Notes: generated by a model not told the origin, from the sequence alone. 64,000 bases of DNA from Synechococcus sp. (GCA_051439605.1 JBFRWN010000124.1:136366-200365); one strand, 5' to 3'. Counted from the first letter of the stretch, positions 19,461 through 32,405 are shown. Made by a program: numbers and translations.

Positions 19461-19976
19461 TTAATAGGCTCCGGACTCGCTGCTGGTGCCCGAGTCATTG
19501 AGAGTTTGGAGGAACTTGGGACGGAAGTTTTTGTTGTAGACACCAGACTCGCTACTGGCGGACGCTTCGTTGACTTTTTGTAGGAACTCGGGTCGGAAGT
19601 TTTTGTTGTAGACACCAGACTCACTACTGGTGGACGCTTCGTTGACTTTTTGTAGGAACTCGGGTCGGAAGTTTTTGTTGTAGACACCAGACTCGCTGCT
19701 GCTGCCTGCGTCATTAAGCGTTTGCAGGAACTTGGGGCGAGAGTTTTTGTTGTAGACGCCAGACTCGCTGCTAGAGGAGGCGCTGTTTACTTTTTGGAGA
19801 AACTCGGGCCGGAAGTTTTTGCGGGAAGCGCCAGAATTTTTGCTGGTGCCTTGAGATTCGAGGCGGTCGAGGGTTTCGAGAATGGAAGCGTTAGAAGGAG
19901 CGGGGGCTGCAGCGGCAACTACGGCAACAGCTGCGATCGCGAAGGTGGCGGAAGACAGAGTTTTGAAAGCGTTCAT
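19461..19976 (-). CDS. Secreted tandem-repeat protein (signal peptide + 5 x 24-aa repeats), function unknown
   Basis: GGAG SD before ATG; Ala/Val-rich signal peptide ending PSNA; five in-frame NKNFRP(E/K)FLQ..N....SSESG(V/A)Y repeats running to the stop. Confidence 0.85.
   Translation of the reverse strand: MNAFKTLSSATFAIAAVAVVAAAAPAPSNASILETLDRLESQGTSKNSGASRKNFRPEFLQKVNSASSSSESGVYNKNSRPKFLQTLNDAGSSSESGVYNKNFRPEFLQKVNEASTSSESGVYNKNFRPEFLQKVNEASASSESGVYNKNFRPKFLQTLNDSGTSSESGAY
19464..19823 (-). repeat. Coding tandem repeat, 72-bp unit x5
   Basis: GGAAGTTTTTGTTGTAGACACCAGACTC-like blocks recur every 72 bp on the + strand. Confidence 0.95.
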
Positions 19977-20366
19977 GATGAAATCTCCGATGTGGTGTGA
20001 GGGATTTCGAATTCCTTATTTCCCTGACGCTTATCAGTAAACGAGGTCTGGCTGAGAGTTAACCAAAGGTTCTATCTACATTCGTTAAAGGTCCGGTGAG
20101 CGATCGCTCGTATCGCTTTAAGGTGGTTCTCAGGTGAGAACTGGCGACGATCCAGTTGAGGAGATCGACTGGGGCAGTACCCACTACCACTGATGCTGTT
20201 GTCGTTTACACGGTTTACAAAGCTTCCCAATGGAAAAATTTGGCAGTTGGAAACCTTGCTATAAGGTTGCTAACGGCTGGCATCCAAATGCTGTCTCGGG
20301 GAACGATAACCAGAGGTCAGCTGTGGCCGCCATCTAGACCGCAAACCTGTTGTGTGAATACAAGCC

Positions 20367-21254
20367 GTGGGCAAACCCCTCACAGTCTTATTTGCCGATG
20401 TGTGTGACAGTACGTCACTGTACGAAACTCTGGGGAATCAGGAGGCTCAGCGAACCATTGGTGCATCGCTGCTGCAGATCGTGGCGATCGTGCAGGAATG
20501 TCGGGGCTGTACGGTCAAGATGCTTGGGGATGGGGTGTTGGCAGTGTTCGAATGTCCCCAAGATGCCTGTCAGGCTGCGATGGAAATTCAGCGTCAGCTT
20601 TCCAATTATTTTCGAGCGGGTGGAATTCGTTCGGGTATGAAGGTTGGCCTCAATCAGGGGGATGTGGTTCGCGAAGGCGGAGATGTATTTGGAGATGCGG
20701 TGAATGTGGCCTCCCGATTGGGAGAGACTGCGAAGATCGATCAAATTTTGACCACCCAAGCAACGATTGCGGCTCTCGATTCTGCTTGGCCACTCCAAAT
20801 ACGGGAGGTGGACCGCCTGTACGTCAAAGGCAAGCGAGAACGGGTGGATGTGTGCGAAATCATTTGGAAGCAAGAGGGACTGACAGTCGCTAAGTTTTTA
20901 GCCCAGCCAACTGCGACGTTATCCCCCAAGCTAACGCTGCAGGTTGAGGACCTAGAGGCAATCGCCGATCGCCAACATCCGACCCTTACAGTTGGAAGGG
21001 ATACCGATAACGATCTGACCATCGATAGCAATTTAGCGTCTCGCCACCACGCCCGCATCGAATTCCGGCGCAACAAGTTTTATTTGGTCGATCGCAGCAC
21101 CAACGGAACCTATGTTTACATGTCCGCCAATGCCCCCGCTGTCTTCGTTCGGTGGGAGGAGCTGGTTTTGAAGGGGGATGGTTGGTTGGGGCTGGGGCAA
21201 GAGGTGACGTCAGCGGAAGCAGCTACGATTCGATTTTCTAGCACTATGTCGTAG
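20367..21254 (+). CDS. Class III adenylate cyclase with C-terminal FHA domain
   Basis: VLFADV, VKMLGDG, DVFGDAVNVASRL; FHA motifs VGR, SRHHARI, DRSTNGTYV. Confidence 0.9.
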   Translation: MGKPLTVLFADVCDSTSLYETLGNQEAQRTIGASLLQIVAIVQECRGCTVKMLGDGVLAVFECPQDACQAAMEIQRQLSNYFRAGGIRSGMKVGLNQGDVVREGGDVFGDAVNVASRLGETAKIDQILTTQATIAALDSAWPLQIREVDRLYVKGKRERVDVCEIIWKQEGLTVAKFLAQPTATLSPKLTLQVEDLEAIADRQHPTLTVGRDTDNDLTIDSNLASRHHARIEFRRNKFYLVDRSTNGTYVYMSANAPAVFVRWEELVLKGDGWLGLGQEVTSAEAATIRFSSTMS

Positions 21255-21332
21255 AGATGGCATTGCTCGGCACAGAGTCGCTTGCCGCGATGTTGCGATT
21301 ACACTGGCTAGGACCCTCTTGCTTGGATTCCA

Positions 21333-22301
21333 TTGGCTGCCTTTACCCTCCGTTCTGCGACACCAAGCGACACCCCCGCGATCTTTCGGCTAATTCAAAC
21401 GCTGGCAGAGTACGAGCGTTTAGCCCACGAGGTGACGGGTTCTCTGGAGATGCTGCATGGGTCGCTGTTTGGCGATCGCCCAGTGGCTGAAGTGTTGCTG
21501 GCGGATTTGGATGGCGAAGCGGCGGGGTTTGCGTTGTTTTTTCCCACCTATTCGTCTTTTGAGGGTAAGCCAGGGATTTATTTAGAAGATTTGTTCGTGC
21601 GGTCCGAGTTCCGGCGCAAAGGAATTGCAAAAGCGTTGTTGAGCAGGCTGGCGCAGTTGGTGCTAGAGCGGAAGGGATCTAGGTTGCAATGGGCGGTGCT
21701 AGATTGGAATACCCCTGCGATTGAGTTTTACCAGCGCATTGGGGCAGAGCAACTGGGACACCGCTGTCTATGCCGCGTGACGGGTGGCGACCTCACTGAA
21801 TTAGCGGAAAGGGAGGCGAAGCAGGAGGTGAGATCGCCGCAGTTTGAAGATCTGACCTCTATCCTCAGTTTGCTGCGGGGGAATGCGCAGTTTCACGATT
21901 TGCTGGATCGATTTCATTTGAGCGAGGCGGAGCTTTCGCGAGCCGTATTTCAATCGCCACCTGCGTTGGAGGTGGTAGTGACGGAGGCTAGAAAAACAAT
22001 TTGTGGAATAGGGACGTTTTTTGCCAATTACTCGACGTTTTTGACGCAGGCGGGGATCCATTTGGATGACCTGCTGATTGCTGAAGATTATCGGCGGCAG
22101 GGATTTGGGTCGGCGTTGCTGACTCGACTGGCGCGGGCGGCGGTGGAGCGGGATGCAGGGCGGTTGGAGTGGTACGTGTATCGGGATAACGAGGAGGCGA
22201 TCGCCTTTTATCGGCATATGGGGGCGAAACTGCTGCCAGAATGGATACCGAACCGCGTGAGCGATCGCGCGTTGGTCAATCTTGCTCGGGGAGTGTTATG
22301 A
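21333..22301 (+). CDS. Tandem-domain GNAT N-acetyltransferase (SSAT-like)
   Basis: Two GNAT units: YLEDLFV..RRKGIA..LDWNTPAIEFY and HLDDLLI..RRQGFG..NEEAIAFY. Confidence 0.9.
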   Translation: MAAFTLRSATPSDTPAIFRLIQTLAEYERLAHEVTGSLEMLHGSLFGDRPVAEVLLADLDGEAAGFALFFPTYSSFEGKPGIYLEDLFVRSEFRRKGIAKALLSRLAQLVLERKGSRLQWAVLDWNTPAIEFYQRIGAEQLGHRCLCRVTGGDLTELAEREAKQEVRSPQFEDLTSILSLLRGNAQFHDLLDRFHLSEAELSRAVFQSPPALEVVVTEARKTICGIGTFFANYSTFLTQAGIHLDDLLIAEDYRRQGFGSALLTRLARAAVERDAGRLEWYVYRDNEEAIAFYRHMGAKLLPEWIPNRVSDRALVNLARGVL

Positions 22302-22627
22302 AAGGCCCCTCTTTTCCTCTGTATCGTTGGTTTCGCCAAGGGATCCGCAATCCTGTCACTCGTCAGTGGGTGATTGCGGGGGTGTTGGTGTATTTGGTTA
22401 GCCCGATTGATATTGTGCCGTCGTTTTTTCCTGGGGTGGGGGAGATTGACGATGTGGTGTTGTTGGGACTGCTGCTGTCGGAGTTAGTGCAGTTGTGGTG
22501 GGGGAATCAGTTGAATCCGGAGGGGGATGTGGAAGAAGGGCAGGCTGAGACTCAGAAGTCTACGGGGGCTGGTTCGGCGGCTAGCAGTCAGGTGGTGGAT
22601 ATTGAGGCGGTGGCTGTGGATGAGTAA
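22298..22627 (+). CDS. YkvA/DUF1232 family membrane protein
   Basis: YLVSPIDIVP..GVGEIDD; ATG overlaps the GNAT stop (ATGA). Confidence 0.85.
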   Translation: MKGPSFPLYRWFRQGIRNPVTRQWVIAGVLVYLVSPIDIVPSFFPGVGEIDDVVLLGLLLSELVQLWWGNQLNPEGDVEEGQAETQKSTGAGSAASSQVVDIEAVAVDE

Positions 22628-22677
22628 GTCGCAGCTTTTAGGATAGGGCAATTCAGGCTCTTTATCTGATTGAGTAA

Positions 22678-22779
22678 TTTAATCGGCGCATCATCCAGCC
22701 GCAGGGGAATAAACCGCCGCTCCTGATTAGTGGGGTCGCGAAACAATGCAATATGACTTTCTAGCGTCACCCCTTCTGA
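22678..22779 (-). pseudogene. Fragment of a bacterial TIR-domain gene
   Basis: SEGVTLESHIALFRDPTNQERRFIPLRLDDAPIK resembles the S..W..LE....FRDP.N..RRFIPLRLDD segment of TIR_2 domains; the flanks do not continue the domain. Confidence 0.6.
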
Positions 22780-22888
22780 TTGAATCCCCGAAGCGCACAA
22801 GCTTATCTTGTCTCGCAAGAACAAACTTGGCAGCAAATCCACCGTTCTCCTTTTCAATCTGCCGATCGCCTGAAGTAATTGTTTACAG

Positions 22889-24502
22889 TCAGCCTTCGCC
22901 AAGACCGATCGCCTCCTCCCGATGCTGCAACAACCGCTCCTGACTCAAGGGGCCCAGAAGATGGGACCAGGGTAGCGGCACCTCGGGGTCCCAATTGTCG
23001 TGGACGTAGTACGCCAGCGGCGGCAATTCCCCCTTCAACTCCTTAAAGGCCCGCTTGTAACTCCCCAGCGAATCCCCAAACCCTCGCGCCAGTTCCAAAA
23101 CACGACCCACCCGGCGATCGCCCCGAGCAATCAGCGCCTGAATCACCGACCAGTTATAACTTTCGGGCCGAAACTCCACCCCCAATGGCCGCAGCTGCTT
23201 TTGCAGCGACTTGAGCTTCTTCTGCGCCGCCTTCTCAACGCCGTACCACTGGAATGGGGTATGGGCTTTGGGAACAAACGTGCTGCACCCAAAGGAATAT
23301 CTCAACTTAGGGGCCGCCTTCCGCAGCCGTTTGAACATCCCTACCGTGGCCTCTAAATCCCCATCGGACTCAAATGGCAACCCCGCCATTCCATAGAACT
23401 TAATGCTTTTGAGCCCCCCCGCCTGTGCCGCCTCAGCTGCATGGTATATCTCGTCATTCTGCAGCTTCTTATTAATAATCTCCCGCAGCCGCTCGGAGCC
23501 ACTTTCCACTGCCACCGTAATCGACTGGCTACCCCGTCGGGTGAGCACGGACGCCAGTCGTTCGGTCACGGTCCCTGTCCGCACAGAGGCCAAACTAATC
23601 CGCACATCCTCAAACCGATCGCCGTCTAAATACGTCAGCAAATCATCAAACTCCGGGTGCTGCGTCACTGACGCCCCCAATAGCCCCAGCCGATTGGTAA
23701 ATGCCAGCCCCCGCTCGATCGCCGGAATCAACCCCTCCGGTAAATTCGCCACCCGAAACGGCAGTGTCAAATAACTGGCCAAACAGAATCGGCACATCTC
23801 CGGACAGCTGCGCACCACCTCTACCATGTAGATGTTTTCCCAAGCAGCGTGGGGGGTAACGACCGTCGAAGTGGAGAGGGTATTGCCGCGATAGGTGCGC
23901 TTCTGCACGGTGGCGGGCACCTCGTCATACAGCGGTACGCAACTCGAAATAGGGCCGTTTGCTTCCTCGTATTGCGGATTGTACAAAGCGGGAATATAGA
24001 TGCCCGGCACTTGAGATAAGTGCCGCAGCTTGGTCAGGCGATCGCTCCCTCTCACCTGCCGGTAAGCATCAATAAAGTCATGCAGCAGTTCTTCCCCATC
24101 CCCCATCAACACCACGTCAAAGAAATTGGCGAACGGCTCCGGGTTTGCAGTCATCACCGGCCCGCCACCAAAGATCAGCGGGTGCTCGTCGGTGCGATCG
24201 CTACTGTGAATCGGAATCTGCAGGTTTTCTAGCAGGTCCAGAATATTGACGTAATCCAATTCCCACGACACCGATACCCCTAACAATTCTGGAGAGAGCG
24301 ATCGGCGATCCTGACCATCAGTAAAGAGTCTTGTTACGGCTAAGTCGGAGCGTGACGCTAGGGTTGACCACACTACCTGATAGCCCAGGCTAGTGATGCC
24401 AATGGTATAGGTATTGGGAAACGCAAACGTGAGGGGAATCGCATCCGCCGCTGGCGTAGCAGGAGTAAAGGTTAGGGATTCATCTGTCCAGGGGATGCTC
24501 AT
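22889..24502 (-). CDS. B12-binding-like domain radical SAM protein
   Basis: FPNTYTIGITSLG, EVVRSCPEMCRFC (CxxxCxxC), FVPKAHTPFQW. Confidence 0.9.
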   Translation of the reverse strand: MSIPWTDESLTFTPATPAADAIPLTFAFPNTYTIGITSLGYQVVWSTLASRSDLAVTRLFTDGQDRRSLSPELLGVSVSWELDYVNILDLLENLQIPIHSSDRTDEHPLIFGGGPVMTANPEPFANFFDVVLMGDGEELLHDFIDAYRQVRGSDRLTKLRHLSQVPGIYIPALYNPQYEEANGPISSCVPLYDEVPATVQKRTYRGNTLSTSTVVTPHAAWENIYMVEVVRSCPEMCRFCLASYLTLPFRVANLPEGLIPAIERGLAFTNRLGLLGASVTQHPEFDDLLTYLDGDRFEDVRISLASVRTGTVTERLASVLTRRGSQSITVAVESGSERLREIINKKLQNDEIYHAAEAAQAGGLKSIKFYGMAGLPFESDGDLEATVGMFKRLRKAAPKLRYSFGCSTFVPKAHTPFQWYGVEKAAQKKLKSLQKQLRPLGVEFRPESYNWSVIQALIARGDRRVGRVLELARGFGDSLGSYKRAFKELKGELPPLAYYVHDNWDPEVPLPWSHLLGPLSQERLLQHREEAIGLGEG

Positions 24503-24812
24503 TCAGTTCAACAGGTGGGGCAAAGGTCTACTGCAGCGGGAATGCCACTTGGGGGATTTCAGAAACCGGGCAATCCCATTGGCATGAGGTCCGCCGTGCT
24601 ATCTGAAATATCCCCAGCTCCATTGTCACGTCTAGCCTGTCGATACCGCTACATTGTCAATCTGAATCGAGGCCCCACAGCGACCGTTTCGCCCCTCAGG
24701 CCCCTTCATCAGGCCAACCCCCTGGTGGAATTGGGTGGTAGTGCTTTTCGTCTGAATTTGCTGTTTGTGTCGAATCATCGGACATGCAGACAAACACTGT
24801 CACGGTTCGTTG

Positions 24813-24889
24813 TATCCACCATTTGAATTAAGCGATCAAAATCCAATTGATATTAACAACACTCTCTTATATCCACCATTTGGATTAAG
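24813..24889. repeat. 20-bp direct repeat pair in AT-rich intergenic region
   Basis: TATCCACCATTTGAATTAAG (24813-24832) and TATCCACCATTTGGATTAAG (24870-24889), 1 mismatch. Confidence 0.8.
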
Positions 24890-25080
24890 TATCTCAAAGC
24901 CAGTCATTGCAAGAATCTCTCTAAGTCCAACCAGGCCAAGACTTAATGTCATTCATCTCCTTTAAATATCTATACCAGATCGACAATACGGGAACAAAAA
25001 TATTATGTATAAATCATCAGAATATTAATAGTTATTAGTATATTAATCAACTTTTTGGAGACTTGCTAGCGTACTTACCA

Positions 25081-25635
25081 TTGAGATTTGGTAGACACAA
25101 GAACGTACATCCATTGGTCTGGTTCTCAAAAACTAGTGCAGCCCTTGGAGCTGTTGCTCTCGCCAGCACGACTCTGACTTGAGCTGTTAGCGCAGTTGTG
25201 TTCAGTGGAGATCGCATAGCCTTTAGTCAATACCCACTCCTAACCAACACATCCCAAGCATCCGTCGGGATGAAAGAACGCTACACTTTCGACATTACCC
25301 TTCCAGAAAATGCTGACGAAGCCCTACGAACAGTTACATTTAAGCCTGTTGCTGGATCTTCCGGCATGGACTTCAACACGGAATCTGCCATAGCAACGGT
25401 TCAAGGTGAAACTGTTTCAATTTCAGCGACAACTGTAGAACGGGATGGTGTTGGGCTCATCGAAGTCACCTTTGATGAGGCGATAACCGCTGGCAATAGC
25501 GTCACGATTACATTGGAGGGCTCTGGCAACCACGTTGGGCCAGGCACGATCGGTGTTTTAGCTAGCGCCGAAGGTCCGAACCCCCTACCCTATTTCTTGG
25601 GGTGCTTGCCGACAGTTGCTGAATTGGTTGACTGA
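25081..25635 (+). pseudogene. DUF2808-like exported beta-rich protein, signal peptide interrupted by in-frame TGA (25180-25182)
   Basis: Body (25198-25635) has RYTFDITLPENADEALRTVTF..VTFDEAITAGNSVTITL..GPNPLPYFLG; the same frame upstream reads SKTSAALGAVALASTTLT*AVSA. Confidence 0.6.
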
Positions 25636-25800
25636 TTAGCGGCCATTCTCAGGTCGGGTGCAATGGCATCTTCACTGAGTTAATTCTTGATAGCACTGCA
25701 GACCTAGGTCCGCAGCATCCTTTGTCTCGAAACTGTGAGCCTTGGAAAACGGCGAACGCGATCGAAAGACTTACCTTCTGTCTCGCAAACCGAAGTGGCC

Positions 25801-26190
25801 CTACTGTTCATCGAGAGGGGCATCGATGTCGAGAGCTTTCGAACCTCCTTCCACCAACTCGCGTAGCAGCGAGCCCAACTGTACCCAAATCAGAATGGCA
25901 GGGAAGGCCACCATGACGATAGATATTGCAGCCCCCAAATTAAAGGGAAATCCAAGAAAAATGAACGAGTAAATGGAGAATATCACCAGTAGCAGGCTGG
26001 TGATGGCGTAGGTGAAGAAAATTCTTGGCTTGCGATAGTCCACCGCAGTCTGAGTCTCGCGGTTGGCATTCCAGAAGGTAACTTCGTTCTCTAACATGTC
26101 TTTGAACATCAGTCCCCACACCACAGCAAAAAACAAGCTCATGGGGAAAGCAACGCGGACAAACTGAGGGGCCAGAGGATCGAAGAGCAT
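25801..26190 (-). CDS. Conserved cyanobacterial membrane protein (about 3 TM)
   Basis: Hydrophobic helices and C-terminal IWVQLGSLLRELVEGGSKALDID. Confidence 0.75.
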   Translation of the reverse strand: MLFDPLAPQFVRVAFPMSLFFAVVWGLMFKDMLENEVTFWNANRETQTAVDYRKPRIFFTYAITSLLLVIFSIYSFIFLGFPFNLGAAISIVMVAFPAILIWVQLGSLLRELVEGGSKALDIDAPLDEQ

Positions 26191-26261
26191 GGAATTGATG
26201 AAGTTTTATGAATAAATTAATTATAGGTGATTCGGACTTGTGAGCAGGAGATTGATGCCGA

Positions 26262-26376
26262 GTGCTAGCCACCATGTTTGAACATTTTGTAGAAGAGAGT
26301 CCCCCTGACAGTGATGGTGAGAGCCATGATGGAACGAGCCTAGGTGTCAGAGACGCTGGACGAGTTGTTCGAGTCA
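26262..26376 (+). mobile_element. IS4-family transposase N-terminal remnant (frameshifted)
   Basis: AGGAG SD then MLATMFEHFVEESP / TVMVRAMMERA / ETLDELFE across frameshifts, matching the FERFVE.SPVTVMVRA.ME...LDELFE start of IS4-type transposases. Confidence 0.6.
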
Positions 26377-26654
26377 ATAACTTCCTCATTCAAAGGTTTT
26401 CCCATTGTGGAATTCCTCGATCTCAATCGCTCAGAACGCTTGGCTAGGCTTTCCGCTTGACGTGAGCAACTTTGGGCAGACGACTTATACGCACCACCAT
26501 GTCCCCCTGGTGAACTAGAGTTGACTTATCCTTTTCCCAAACCTCTTGAGATTGCCTTGGCAAATGAGCTCTGAGGGTATCAGTATATGTCGGTGCTGGG
26601 AAGGCAACCGGTCCCAGCCATTAAGATCGAAGAACGTGAACCGGAGCAGTCCGA

Positions 26655-27119
26655 ATGACCCCAACCGTTGCAGACGTAATGACATCAAACCCCATTTGCG
26701 TTACTCCCGAGACCCCGTTGCAGGAGGCAGTGGAAGTGTTGGCCGAGAAGCGGATTGGTGGCTTACCGGTGCTGGATGCTGATGGTGCTTTGGTAGGTAT
26801 GCTGTCCGAGTCCGACTTGATGCAGCGGGAGTCGGGCCTTTCCCCCCGACCGTTTGTTATGTTTCTGGACTTGGCCATCTACCTGAAAAATCCCCGTGCC
26901 CATGACAAGGAACTGCATAAGGTGTTTGGTCAAACGGTTGGGGATGTCATGAGCGATCGCCCCCTCTCCGTTCCCTTAGATTGCACGTTACCTGAAGCAG
27001 CCAAAAAATTATCTGCCAAAAAGGTCAATAGCCTGCTGGTCACGGATGCGGAAGGAAAGCTAGCAGGGATCGTCACCCGTGGAGATGTGGTGCGGGCTAT
27101 GGCGGATTTGGGTGCATAG
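26655..27119 (+). CDS. CBS-pair domain protein
   Basis: TVADVMTSNP..IGGLPVLD..LVGMLSESDL; TVGDVMS..LAGIVTRGDV. Confidence 0.92.
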   Translation: MTPTVADVMTSNPICVTPETPLQEAVEVLAEKRIGGLPVLDADGALVGMLSESDLMQRESGLSPRPFVMFLDLAIYLKNPRAHDKELHKVFGQTVGDVMSDRPLSVPLDCTLPEAAKKLSAKKVNSLLVTDAEGKLAGIVTRGDVVRAMADLGA

Positions 27120-27233
27120 AGTCTGCAGGCTAGCCCTGCTTGGGGACCTGCCAGAAAGTTCAAACGGCCTAGAATTGGCCACCCCCTGCCCATGTTTGGG
27201 TAGGGGGGTTATTTGAGTGAACGTGATGTGATT

Positions 27234-28985
<1,752 letters not shown>

Positions 28986-29215
28986 CTAGAGCACTCCACC
29001 AGAATTTGATGGGAATCTGCGTCGGTATTCAGATGTGCAACTCAGAATGGGCTCTGTTCATTTAATCTAGCTGAGTGGATTTTAGATGCTATTCCCTACC
29101 CAATCAAAGGAAAGCAATATAACCTCCTCAGGGAATTTCCCAGCAGCCATTGCTATCAATTTCAAACATTTAGCAGTTTCAAGAGCAAATTAATTTGATT
29201 GGATACAATACGTAT

Positions 29216-29249
29216 AAAAGAGACTCAAGAGTAAACTTGAGTCTCTTTT
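29216..29249 (-). terminator. Rho-independent terminator of the atp operon
   Basis: Perfect 14-bp inverted repeat AAAAGAGACTCAAG-agtaaa-CTTGAGTCTCTTTT about 60 bp past the gamma-subunit stop. Confidence 0.85.
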
Positions 29250-29310
29250 CAACACGATCAAAAATGATTGAGAAGTTAATTGCTAGAGAGTTATCAGCTA
29301 TCCACACTGC

Positions 29311-30249
29311 CTATACAGCGCTGGAACCACCAACAACCTCAAGGATCTCCTGAGTAATGCTAGCTTGACGAGCCTTGTTATAGCCAAGATTCAACTTTCC
29401 GATCAGCTCTTTGGCGTTGTCGCTGGCATTGTTCATGGCAGTCATTCGGCAGGCGAGCTCGCTAGCGGCCGACTCCTGCAACGCTCTCAATAGCTGACTA
29501 TCAGCATAGAGAGGAAGCAAAGAGGAAAGTATTTCGACAGGATCTTGCTCGAAAATCATGTCTTGAGGCGGCTCAGTCAGGTCCACATCGACTTGGTCCC
29601 GTTCCACTTCAAACTTGCCCTGCTTGACAAGCATCTTAAATACATCGTCAGTTAAAGCAAGCTCTTCCGTCAAAGGCAACAAGGTTTGCAAGACGGGGCG
29701 TGAGTTGATGAGTGAGACAAATCTCGTGAAAACCAACTCCACACGGTCAACCTTCTGGGCTTGAAAAGCAGTAATTAGCTCGTCAGCAATACTGTTTGCT
29801 TCAGCCGCAGTTGGGATCTGCTCCAACCCATCAAAGGATTTAGCTACAGAGTAATCCCGACGTCCGAAGTACTGTTTTGCCTTCCTACCCACCAGGTACA
29901 AATCGCATTCAATCCCATCAGCTGCAAGCTCAATTGCTCGGGCTTCTGCCTTCTTGATCGCATTGGTATTGTAGGCACCACACAACCCTCGGTCTGCGGT
30001 CACCACTAAGAGCGCAACACGATTGACAGGGCGGCTTTCGAGCAGCGGCAATTCTACACTCTCCAATTGCAGGCGAGCCTGCAGGCGAAAGAAGACCTGA
30101 GCGAGCCGATCGGCAAATGGGCGAGATGCATCTACCTGTTCCTGGGCGCGCCTTACTTTAGCGGCTGCAACCAGACGCATTGCCTCAGTAATCTTGCGAG
30201 TGTTCTTAACAGATTTAATGCGATCGCGAATAGCCTTCAGATTCGACAT
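29311..30249 (-). CDS. atpG: ATP synthase F1 gamma subunit (cyanobacterial atpC)
   Basis: [41 protein letters not shown]. Confidence 0.97.
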   Translation of the reverse strand: MSNLKAIRDRIKSVKNTRKITEAMRLVAAAKVRRAQEQVDASRPFADRLAQVFFRLQARLQLESVELPLLESRPVNRVALLVVTADRGLCGAYNTNAIKKAEARAIELAADGIECDLYLVGRKAKQYFGRRDYSVAKSFDGLEQIPTAAEANSIADELITAFQAQKVDRVELVFTRFVSLINSRPVLQTLLPLTEELALTDDVFKMLVKQGKFEVERDQVDVDLTEPPQDMIFEQDPVEILSSLLPLYADSQLLRALQESAASELACRMTAMNNASDNAKELIGKLNLGYNKARQASITQEILEVVGGSSAV

Positions 30250-30303
30250 AACAGGTCTTCCTGATAAGGGGACTCAATTTAAGAGGGTAGTGTGGTGGAA
30301 GAG

Positions 30304-31851
<1,548 letters not shown>

Positions 31852-31855
31852 CTAA

Positions 31856-32401
31856 TTAAGAAAGTTGGAAAGCAAGACGACGGAGCTGTCCGCGCAAACT
31901 GGCGTCTATCACCTGAGAGCCCACGCGGATAATAACACCACCAATCAGGTCGGGATCGATAGATTCTTTGAGTTCAACGTCCGTGGACTGTGCCAGTCGC
32001 TTGACGCGCTCCACCAAAGCTGCTCGCTGCCCATCATTAAGAGCAGATGCGGATGTTACTTCGGCTAAAGCAATCTTGCGAAGCTTTCGTCGTAGAGCCA
32101 AATACTGTTCGCAGACTTGTTCTAGGAACAGAATACGACGGCGATCAATCAGGAGCATCAACACATTCATGAATAATGGATGAATGCCTTCTCCAAAAGA
32201 CTGTGTCAGCAAACTCTTCTTTTGCTCCGCAGTCACCAAAGGACTTGCAAGGAAGGACGAAAATTCAGGCGTTTGCTTGATCACAGCCAGGATGCCCTGA
32301 GCATCATCTCCAAACTGATCGATGAGTTCCTGACCAGTTGCAATAGAAAGCATCGCTTCTGCGTAGGGACCAGCAACCTTCTGGGCAATATCACCAGCCA
32401 T
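31856..32401 (-). CDS. atpH: ATP synthase F1 delta subunit
   Basis: PYAEAM, IDPDLIGGVIIRVGSQVIDASLRGQL; operon position. Confidence 0.95.
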   Translation of the reverse strand: MAGDIAQKVAGPYAEAMLSIATGQELIDQFGDDAQGILAVIKQTPEFSSFLASPLVTAEQKKSLLTQSFGEGIHPLFMNVLMLLIDRRRILFLEQVCEQYLALRRKLRKIALAEVTSASALNDGQRAALVERVKRLAQSTDVELKESIDPDLIGGVIIRVGSQVIDASLRGQLRRLAFQLS

Positions 32402-32405
32402 CTCA

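Noticed and set aside
19244..19714. 157-aa repeat-containing N-terminal extension of the 1055-aa tRNA nucleotidyltransferase ORF
   Set aside because: It is an alternative frame of the 72-bp repeat gene plus intergenic DNA; family similarity starts at MDVILCHE (19243)
19464..19823. 72-bp periodic repeats as a CRISPR array
   Set aside because: No unique spacers, the period is a multiple of 3 inside an ORF with a signal peptide, and there are no cas genes
19461..19976. Repeat protein as curlin (CsgA) or as a cyanobactin/microviridin precursor
   Set aside because: The layout (signal + about 21 aa + 5 repeats) recalls CsgA, but the Q-x-G-x-x-N curlin motif is absent and the units contain Pro and a helix; there are no LAELSEE, AYDG or PFFARFL motifs and no maturases nearby
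24813..24889. Direct repeats as DnaA boxes / oriC
   Set aside because: TATCCACC does not match TTATCCACA well, there are only two copies, and no dnaA/dnaN context
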